Origin: Lama guanicoe
Taxonomy: Eukaryota
Length of the DNA: 64,000 nt
Assembly: GCA_013239625.1 (NCBI GenBank)
Contig: MU053792.1
Coordinates: forward strand, 532,941-596,940
Direction: 5' to 3'
A model generated the notes under the pieces. The model was not told the origin of the DNA, ran no database searches, and was given only the letters and a program-made list of their open reading frames with translations. The translations under genes and the position numbers were made by a program. Positions 39,040 through 49,573 of this stretch are shown here, in pieces; the stretch's first letter is position 1, and each line of letters begins with the position of its first letter.

Positions 39040-40605
39040 AGGAAGCTAGAATGAACCCGGAATTGCTGGATTTGAGGTGGAGACATAAGTATGAACTCAT
39101 ATTTAGCTTAATACATACGTAGATGGATAGCTAGAGAGTCATTTTAGGTATATACCTAGACATAGGTTAGTATAAAATCTCTGTCATATGGGGAAACCTG
39201 GAAGCAACGACAACCCAGCAACAATGAGCAAACCCATTGTCCAGATTTTGGGTTTTAAATATCATCCTCCAATAAAAGGAAACAGAACTCCTAGAAGAAA
39301 TGTACCAAACTAAGGCTAGAACAGAAAACATACAAGATGATCCTCGATCACCTTGTAACTACAATAATCACGGAAGTGTTCAAAAAGCCAAAAAGTTGGG
39401 GCATATCAGTAGCTTCAAATGTCCAAAACTGGCTAATTTAAGCAAAAATAATTGGTAAACAATTTAGTATTGAATTATAACCCAAAGTATAAAACAAGTA
39501 TAAGCAAATGATTAAATAAAAAATAAGAGGAGAAAAGACAGATCTTCCTTACAAAATTCCAGGTAATATACGTGGTTACTCTCCCATCCTAGAGAGTGAG
39601 CCATACTTCATGGAATTGGTTACGGGATACGAAAATTGTGACTTTACAGTGAGGAAACCTTGCAAACACACTTTAACCCATCGATGAAGGTTGTCACTAA
39701 TGACATCAAAGGGAATAGCATAAAACCCCTGGAATGATGGGATGTGAAGGGCACATCACCCCTATGGTAGTCTTACCAAGAATCCATAACCTCAATTAGC
39801 ATGAGAAAAGCATCAGACAACTCCATCCTGGGGGACATTCTACGAATCTCCTGATTGGTACTCATCTAACTGTCAAGGTCATGAAAAAAACAAGACCTGG
39901 AAACGGCTGCAGGAAAGAAGAGACAAAGGAGGTATGACTGCTCAATGCAATGAGGTACTCGAAACTGGATTCTGGAAAAGAAAAATGCACCAACGGGAAA
40001 ACTGTTAACATCTGAACCAATCTGGAATTTAGTTAACAGTAACATGCTACAGTTGGCTTCTTGATTTTGATAAGTGTGCCTGAGTGATGTAAGGTAACAT
40101 TTGAAAAACTGAAACTTATGTTTAAGCCTTTGATCCATTTTGAGTTGATGTTTGTGTATGGTATAAGGGAGTGTTCTAGCTTCATTGATTTACATGCTGC
40201 TGTCCAGTTTCCCCAGCACCGTTTGCTGAAGTGACTGTCTTTATTCCATTGTATGTTCTTGCCTCTTTTGTCAAAGATGAGTTGACCAAAAGTTTGTGGG
40301 TTCATTTCTGGGCTCTCTCTTCTGTTCCATTGGTCTATATGTCTGTTATTGTACCAATAACATGCTGTTTTGATTACTGTAGCCCTATAGTGTTGACTGA
40401 AGTCTGGGAGGGTTATTCCTCCAGCCTCTTTTTTTTTCTTCAGTAATGCTTCGGCAGTTCTAGGTCTTTTTTGATTCCATACAACTCAATTTAAAAAAAA
40501 AAAACCTGAAACTAGGTGAGGGGTATAGAGAAACTCTCTGTAGTATCTCTCCAACTCTTCTGCAAGTCAAACATTATGCCAAAATGAAAAGTTTACTTTA
40601 AAAAT
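39040..40605 (+). mobile_element. Old L1 (L1MC/L1MD-like) 3' region, interrupted at 40117-40500
   Basis: Homologous to 6540-7260 (gtcaaggtcatgaaaaaa, ggattctggaaaagaaaa, terminal aaaatgaaaagtttac). Confidence 0.6.
40117..40500 (+). mobile_element. 5'-inverted (twin-primed) L1 insertion: ~365 bp antisense ORF2 piece plus a tiny sense 3' end and poly(A)
   Basis: Minus-strand ORF 40033-40305 ([22 protein letters not shown]) is L1 ORF2. It is followed by + strand acaactcaattt-poly(A). TSD aaaaactgaaact (40104-40116) vs aaaacctgaaact (40501-40513). Confidence 0.85.
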
Positions 40606-41749
40606 AAACATGAGTTGGTCTTCTAACATCTTATAAAGGAGATTTATGAAGTTTCTATGTCTTTTCAAAATTATCCCTGTGATGCCATGGATTTAACAGC
40701 GATGTGTTATGATATTTTACAAGTATTATTTCTTTTGATATTTAAATTTTCACATCTTTAGCCAATAGGAAGATCTTTCAGTGGCTGCTAAAACCTTTTG
40801 ACATGAGCTCAGAAATGACAATAAGTTCATTTCTTTCTTATATGACACAGTGTTCCAAGTGCATTTTGTACAGTTCCTTCCATAGACTTGGAATGAGTCA
40901 TTAACCTAAGCTTGGAGTATCTTTTAGCAGGGAATAGCATTAGATACTACAAACTGTGTACAGGAAGTGCTGATTTTTAATAGGTTGGTAATTATTTCTA
41001 AGCCTTTTGTGTGAAAGCTAGAAAACACATGTTTCATTGAAAGTATAAAATACATCATTAATACACACTGAAACTTCAAGTTCAGAACTATCAGGTTTTT
41101 TTACTAATCCTTTTTGATCTTAAACATGTATCACTTTTCTCTAATGCTTTTTCCAATGTCAGCACAATAATTTATTGGCTTTATGCAAAAATATATACAT
41201 AACACTCTCAGAATAGCAATACCAATACTGGGATAAACAATATGGTTAGTAAAGGCCTTGTAAGTTGGCTTTTTGCAATTGTTTTTGTCTTTAGGAGATA
41301 TCCCACTAGAGAGGTTAAGTCAGATTATCTGCTTTAAAATAAATTAAAATAATACAATTCTGAGTAGCTATGTCTTGCTTCTAAGACACCCTGATTCTCT
41401 GTCCCTAGAGAAAACACACCTTCTTTGAGATAAATACTACTGTGCACATACCTGTCTCTACATTCCTTTTTCTCACATATAATATCCTTGCAATCAATCC
41501 ACATTGGTATATAGAGGCAATTTTCTTTTGTTGAATAACTATATAGCACCCCAATGTTAAGATACACCATAACTTGTAAGATAGACTCTTCTCAAAAAAC
41601 ACTTGGGTTGCTTTGGATTTTGCTATGATAATTAGTACTGTAGTACATCATGTAGCTTTGTACATGCAATTTTTATAATTTTGCTGGTGTATATTTGGGA
41701 TAGAAACCTAAAAGTATGATTTCAGGTAGTTTCCACTGTTATTAGCTTT

Positions 41750-42240
41750 GTTCACACAATCGTGTTTCACCTAGACTATTATTTCAACTTCTAAATTTCT
41801 CTCCTTGCCTCCAGCCACACTGTATAACATTATGTACACATATCAAAACTTTGAATCTAAAATGCAGATCTGATCACTGTACCCCTTTGTTGATAACATT
41901 TCATGATCTCACTGTCCCTGTGAGATACAGGCAAAGCTGGCGAGTGAAACAGTTCATACCCATCCCGTGCTTTGCTTCCCAACCTCACTTCCAGCACTTT
42001 CCCAATACGACCTGAAGTCCAGTTAAACTAAACTTTCAGTGATTTACAGAAAGGTGTATGTCCTCTCGTGTCTTGCACATAATTTTTTCTCTCTACCTAA
42101 TTCATAAAACACATCTATAAAAATTCAATTCAAATTCTCTTTCTTTGTGAGTTCTTCCTGGATTCCCCCAAAATTAGAATTAGACTTCCTATTTTGCGTA
42201 CATGGCACTCTGTGCTTCCCTCTGTTGGAAACTTGACCAC
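41750..42240 (+). mobile_element. Ancient L2 fragment
   Basis: Degenerate L2-like motifs (cacctagactat, aaaatgcagatctgatcactgt, ccttgcctcc); recognition by eye only. Confidence 0.45.
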
Positions 42241-42590
42241 ATTCTTTGGCAACCCCTTATTAATGAGAATTGCCTCGGATGTGCCAGAAACGCGCTGAAA
42301 GGTTACATATATTGTATCAGAGTAGAAAGGTTAAGTAATGTACCCAGGGTAATGCAGCCAAGAAACTAGGGGCCTACAGTCTGAACCCACTTATTTTACT
42401 CTAAAAGCCTGAGATCTTTCTTCGAAGTAGACCTTACTGTTTTCCTAAATATTATGGATTCTTCCAGTTGACTTTTTAGCTTCCAACTCCTCATTGCACC
42501 TTAAACTCATTAACTCAGCAGGCTTTAATGAGGACAACATGGTCTCTGAAATCAAACAGACCTGAGTTTTACCCCTAGCAATTGATAAAA

Positions 42591-43248
42591 AAATTTTATT
42601 TTATTGAGTTATAGTCAGTTTACAATGTTGTGTCAATTTTGAGTGTAGAGCACAATTTTTCAGTCATATGTGAACATACATATACTCATTGTTGTATTCT
42701 TTTTCACCATGAGCTACCCCAAGATCTTGTGTATATTTCCCTGTGCTATACAGTATAATCTTGTTTCTCTATTCTATATACACCTGTCAGCATCTACAAA
42801 TTTCAAACTCCCAGTCTGTCCCTTCCCACCCACTACCCTCCAGCAACCACAAGTTGGTATTCTATATCTATGAGTCTGTTTCTGTTTTGTATTTATGTTA
42901 GTTTTTTTTTTGTTTTGTTTTGTTTTGTTTTTGTTTGTTTGTGTGTTTTTTAGAGTCCACATATGAACGATCACATATGGTATTTTTCTTTCTCTTTCTG
43001 GCTTACTTTGCTTAGAATGACATTCTCCAGGAACATCCATGTTGCTGCAAATGGCGTTATGTTGTCATTTTTTATGGCCAAATAGTATTCCGTTGTGTAA
43101 ATATATCACAATTTCTTTATTCCGTCATCTGTTGATGGACATTTAGGCTGTTTCCATGTCTTGGCTATTGTAAATAGTGCTGCTATGAACATTGGGGTGC
43201 AGGTGTCTTTCTGAAGTAGGGTTCCTTCTGAATATATGCCCAGGAGTT
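42591..43248 (-). mobile_element. Young 5'-truncated L1 (~650 bp)
   Basis: Homologous to 21545-22190 and 59949-60433; flanking direct repeat ctagcaatt at 42575-42583 and 43249-43257. Confidence 0.9.
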
Positions 43249-43898
43249 CTAGCAATTAGTTTTATCAATTATAAAGAATTTAAGCTTTAGATGAGTTTCC
43301 TAATCAATTTAATGATACCTAAATTCTTCTGTGGATGTAAGGCCTTAGCACAATAGTGAGGGTCCATAAATATTAAGAATCTTCCAGTAATAGGCAGGAT
43401 TTTGTTTTGTTCACTTTTATATCTCAAGCACTTGGACAGTAAACACACATCTTAGGTGCTCAATATGTAAGTATTCTAAGCGTGAATAATTTGATGAGAA
43501 GCCTATTTCCCAGCAAACTCACCTTTTCTCTTAAGTTCCATATCCCAGTTGAAGGTATTACCAACCTGATGATTACTGACGCTTCTTTTTTACAACATTC
43601 AGGTCTTAAACTGGAGGTTACCTTTGATCCTAACTCCTCAGTATGTGCCACACTCCCATGACCCCCTACCAGCTTATGAGTGTGCCCTGTCAGTTTTATC
43701 TCAGCAAAAACTCTCCTATCTCCCTTATCCTGTTTCTCTTCTACTGTCCTACTCCAGATCTTTGTCCCATCTTACTTGATTTTCCGCAAGGGGAGTCTAT
43801 AAACTAGTCTCAACTCCTGCCTTTCCTGCTTTACATCCCCAAGCCACCCCACTGTCACCAATGTTCCCTCTCTAAAAGTGGTATTCCTGATTATACTA

Positions 43899-43945
43899 TC
43901 TGTCTGTCTGTCTGTCTGTCTATCTACCTGTCTATCTATGTCTAT
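43899..43945. repeat. (TCTG)n/(TCTA)n microsatellite
   Basis: Directly visible. Confidence 0.85.
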
Positions 43946-46711
43946 ACACATACCAGATACCTCTTCACAGAAGAAGGTTCAGTATCCCAGCCACTTCATT
44001 TGGTATGCCCCATTAATGGTCCAACCTTTCTGTTCTTATCATTCTCTCCATCCCCAAGTTTGTAGCCCCAAACAGCTCAGCAGCATTTACTTAATACCGT
44101 CAGGCCCTTGGACACCACTTTTCTATTTAGAAAGCTGTATGTATCTATCTAAATCTCTCTTTTTTCATCGAAATTTCTCCACAAAGCCTTCCCTGATACA
44201 TTCCATGTGCTATTTCTCCTCTGCTCCTTGACAGTGACTCATTGACTCTGTACGATCACATTCTGCCACACCATGTGAGCGTTTTGAGTATCAGGTCATG
44301 GCGTGTTTATCTGTGGATTTCCCACAGCATTGGGGTCTTTCTCATAGCAAAACTGCCCAAATGCTGGCTGTACTGACTTCCTAGGATCAGAGATTTGGGT
44401 AACTCTAAGAAATTTTAGAAATCTTCTGGTCTGATAACTTCATTTAATATGTTAGTAAACTGCATTTCAAAAACCTGAAAATATTTACTTAGAATAACAC
44501 AAAAACAATGACATCAAATATATGTATCTTTGGCTTTCTCAGCCAGTAAAAATCCTTTGAATTTTCTGTACTGATACTGCAGGATCTTTCACCTCTGCCT
44601 TTACAAATGCTCCAAAGAGAGTTTCAGGTAATTGTTTTCTATATGTAAATGCATAGTGGGGTAATAGGATGTATGTCATAAGTCATATTAATTAAATGGT
44701 TTCGAGAACCGGAAACTGAGGATTAAAAGCGTAGGTGTTAGCTGTGCCATTACTAGCCCCATTTTTGTTCTTCACTGTTTTGTTTTCAGCACTGTTGATC
44801 ATTATTTCTGTTATTTATGAATGCGTACCATCTGCTTCAGCCTCCGCTAGCCTTCCTTCCTAGCCAGCTCCAAAACTTTTTCCCGTTTGGTGCATCTTAA
44901 AGACAAGGCATGACATGAGGATATACATCTATTTAGTATATCCATACAGATATAGATATATAGAGAGATAGCTTACAGAGGAAGATAACTTACATTCATA
45001 AAGTAAAATGGAGGTTTTAATCAACCAGAAAAATAGAAACGAAAAAGAAAGCAGATTGCTATTTCAGAAAAAATATGATTGTGTCATCCGTGGTCATATT
45101 AGCCAAGGTGTCATTATGGTGGTTAGAAGAAAATTAAAACTTGTTTTATATCTATATTGATGGTGGCATTAAATGTAATGTGGAAGCTCGAATCTCTCAA
45201 GTTTAGAAGAATAAAGTTGATCATTGCTTCTTTGCATTAGGGAATTAGGCATTACTAGTTGCCCAAGTAGGCCATGGATTTAATCTTTTGGTGGGTTTTG
45301 AAATTTTACTTTAAGTTAAATTCAACTTAAATATTACGTAGCCTATTTTATTACCTTCCCATAAGAGACACAATATTATTACAGCCTTCATTTTTACCTT
45401 GACAGAAAAGACAAAAAGGAAAACATTTCAAACCTCACTTGACTTGCAAGACTAAAGCCTCACAAACTAAAATGACAAATGTATGATTTGTGACATCCAA
45501 TTACTCACAATTAGGTTTTTTTGTCATAACAGTCTGTGCTGAAATGTAGCAGAAAGTGGGTAGGTAACAACAACAACAAAAAGATGTGATTTTAAAAGCA
45601 AAATTCTAGAACTTCAAAAAGCACTCTGAAGTTTTAGCAGGGATTATGAAATGGTATCCTCAAAACCCAAACACAGGTAGCTGGTGATATCTGAGAGAAA
45701 GAGACTTTGAAGGAGAAAAGATAGCGCATATTTAAAAAAAAAAAAAAGTCTTTACCAGGCGGGGCCCTTGTAAGAACTCCACATTGATCAAATCTTTCTC
45801 TTTTTCCAAATGTTCCATCAGATAAACATCGGTACTTGCTATATTCTTTTGTAGAATGTAATGGAAGACAATATTTTAGGTGTAGAAGATGCTAATGTAT
45901 TCGATGAAGGTATCACACCAGATTTCTACATCTTTTTTTTTTGCAGTTAACCTTTAAGGAGAATCTCTCCCCCTAATGATTCATCAGAAGCTTGGCTTTA
46001 GCTGATGGGACCCAACTTTCCAGGCTTTAAAATGATACGATTCAACCAAAGTCACCCAAAGAACTGTAACGATTTAAAACACTTCTTGTCTCATTGTTTA
46101 ATAGAATCAGGACATTGTATCTACTGTTTAGATCAAGAGACCTCAAATCCTAAGAGGAAATCAGGAATCTGTCTTTCTTTGCTTCCAAATTCTCTCTTTC
46201 CGGCTGTATACAGACTCCATCCTATACAGTCAAGTGAAATGAAATCTTCAAGGCAGTTACAACATAGCTCTAAAACTTTCTGGGATCATTCATTTCCTTC
46301 TACCTACTCAAAACAACTATTGACACCATTAATGCACTACGTGAGTACTCCTGGAGTGACATGGAGAAGAGTGAGTATTGTGGAGAGCCATAAGCTAAGA
46401 AAAGATGTGCGTGGAAAATGCCCCATTTTTCCTGTCAGGCACAGATACCCACTTGTGTCCACTGCCTCAAGGCTGTCCTTCCCAACCCCTGAAGCATGGT
46501 CCTCCTCCTCTTGAAGCGGGCCCAGCAAAGGGGAAAAGTGTCACCTGAAAAGGCGACTGGAAAGAAAAGACTACTTCGTCTACTTTACAGGTCAAGCAGC
46601 TGTCATTGCTGAGTCCAAGCCTTTCGAAGAACAGGGTACAGACCCCATTCGCTTTTCATTTATCAGCCTCTTGCCCACATTGTCTTTACCCTACTTTGTT
46701 ATTTAAATTAA

Positions 46712-46958
46712 TTTTTTTTCTACTGAGTTATAGTCAGTTTACAATGTTGTGTCAATTTCTGGTGTACAGCAGTTTTTCAGTCGTACTTGAATATACATAT
46801 GTTCATTTTCATATTCTTTTTCACCATAAACTTCTACAAGATATGGAATATATTCCCCTGTGCTCTGCAGTATAAACTTGTTTATCTATTCTATATACAC
46901 CTGCCAGTATCTGCAAATCTGGACCTCCCAGTCTGTCCCTTCCCACCCCCTCTCCCCC
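46712..46958 (-). mobile_element. Young 5'-truncated L1 3' end just upstream of the GRIA4 CpG island
   Basis: Homologous to 42591-42840; TSD-like taaattaa(t/c)ttttttt starting at 46704 and 46959. Confidence 0.88.
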
Positions 46959-47226
46959 TAAATTAACTTTTTTTCCCTTCCTTTGTTTCCTAGCATGTTG
47001 GAACATCTCGGGTCTCTTCTCCAGCCTCACCTCCATCAGTGCTTACCTCCTTGGTCCCAGCCTCCTAGACCTGCCTGTGGCTGCCCTTTGCGCCCTTTCC
47101 TGATTCTGTCCCTCCCCGAGCCTCTTCACCTCATCCACTGCCGTCACAGGCTCTCCAGATTCCCGGGCTGTGTGCGGGTGAGGAATCTTTGCTGCAGCGA
47201 GGACCGGAGTCCCCCGCGCGCAACCC

Positions 47227-47581
47227 AGTGGCAGAAGAGGGCGAGGCTGAGAGAAAAGCAGGGCTGAAGGAAAGGGAGGCAGCCGGTCCTCCCCGAGAGT
47301 CTGCAAGAATGCGGCAGGGGGCCGGGGACATGGGGAGACAGTAACTCCCGAGGCCCTGCTCGGGGCTTGAGGACCCGGCCCGCGGGCGAATTTCCTGCCC
47401 AGTGCATCGGAGAAGAGGAGGCGCCTGGAAAGCAAAGAGAGGGACGCTGGGGGTGTCCATCCCCCGGAACAGGACCCCCTGCGAACGCGGGAACAGCAGA
47501 GGCGGGAGTCGGTGAGTGGTGTGAAGGGAAAGCCCGTCTCCAGATTGGGCTCTGGAGCGTCGGGGAGCCTGGGGCGCTCGG
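47227..47581 (+). other. GRIA4: GRIA4 non-coding exon 1 (5'UTR); start approximate
   Basis: Donor G|gtgagc at 47581/47582. The sequence agtggcagaagaggg...ggggcgctc resembles my recollection of the human GRIA4 mRNA leader; not verified by alignment. Confidence 0.65.
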
Positions 47582-48045
47582 GTGAGCACCCAAGGGGTGA
47601 AGCGTGCCGCGCGAGCGATGGGCGAGGGGCAGCCGGAGGGAGTGCTGCGCGCTCGGGGCGGGGACGCGAGGCGGGCGCGGGGCTCGGCGCTGGCGCAGGC
47701 TCAGGAGGGGGGCTGCCGGCGGGTGCGAGCCGCGGAGCGCGTGCGGCGGCCGCGGCGACCGTGTTCGTGTGGCTGTGGGAAAGCTAGGGCCGAGCGCGAG
47801 CGCGAGTGAGGCACAGACAGAGCGCATGTCTCATCCCTGCGAGCAGCCACTGGCCGCTCCACCACCATCTTTTGCATGTGCAACATTTGCAGCCGGACAG
47901 AAAACCTCTCCCAGGGCTATGGAGACTGCGGGGAAAACCTGGCACCTCGAGATGGATTGCTAAAGGGACACGGTCATAGTCCTAAACTACCCTAAACCTC
48001 TCCCCCCCCTTCCCCCCCCCTTTTTTTGGTTGTTTTCAATTTTAG

Positions 48046-48275
<230 letters not shown>

Positions 48276-49360
48276 TGAGTTGAATGAGTTGTTCATAAAC
48301 AATGTAGGGGAACCTTCGGCGGCTCCCTTCTCCTCTGCTTCTCTCTTCCTCTCTCCCCTTTATGGGGGAAAAAAAAGCCTCTTTGGTGCAGGTTCAGTCT
48401 GAACAGCACAGAGCTACCCACCCATCCGTCCTCAGTGCATACTCCTCTATTTCCACGTTTGGCTTATGTCGCTTAAGTAGGGTTGGAATAAGTTGGGAGA
48501 AAAAAAAGAAAACACCGGGGGGTTTCGTTGCATTTTATCTGATATGTCTTTTCATTGCTTTCTCTAGAGCGTGAAGGGATGTCGAGTTTGTTTTTTAAAA
48601 AGCACCACAACAAAACAAAACAAACCACCTCCCCTCCCCGCACTTCTTCCCATACTGTACGCCGCAGCTTTCTCGCTTTTACGGAAAGACACTGGGCATT
48701 TACACCTGCACCCCCTTGCTTTTGCTCGCCACTAATTAACCGATTTCGAAGTTAGATCTCTTTCCCGGAACCTTTGCTTCTTTTGTTTTCCTCTTGGGTC
48801 TTTTGCCCCAACCCTCCCTCAGGACTCTATTTCCAAGGGCCCTGTCCATCGGTGCCTCCTGTCTTTTAATGGGACGCAGCTATTGAATTTCTTCCAGCTA
48901 AGCCCAGCCTCAGACTGCATCATTTCTCGTGGACAGTGCACAAAACGGTGCTAATTAGGCTGAATCCAAGAGCTGCATAAAAACAAAGTTCACGTCTCCT
49001 TTTTGATTTGCCTCTAACCGGCACATCACCACATCCCTTCATGTCTGTATTTTAATGCAAATTCTCTTTTCTGTTTATCTGCATGCATCTTAGAGATGCC
49101 CGAGCTAGCTGATGAAGCAGTGTGCTGGGAATCACGGGGAGGGCAAGAGAGAGAAAGGAAGACACAGCCAATGGTCTCAGAGGTCACTGTGATCATGACA
49201 GATCGGGACAGGAAAATACTGAGCTGTTCTAAAGACGAAATGCTAAGCATACACCTTAGGGACAAAGGGCAGTCTTCCAAGACGTGGCAGGGATAGCCCC
49301 CTAATCGTATGTGCTAGTGAATGGCACTGGGTCTGACAGCGCTTGGGGTGGGTATGATGA

Positions 49361-49573
<213 letters not shown>

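Noticed and set aside
46005..46514. 169-aa ORF upstream of GRIA4
   Set aside because: No recognisable homology, splice or promoter context; probably a chance ORF.
46983..47963. Long overlapping Arg/Pro/Ala/Gly-rich ORFs (up to 227 aa) on both strands
   Set aside because: Expected from stop-codon scarcity in a CpG island; most do not start at ATG.
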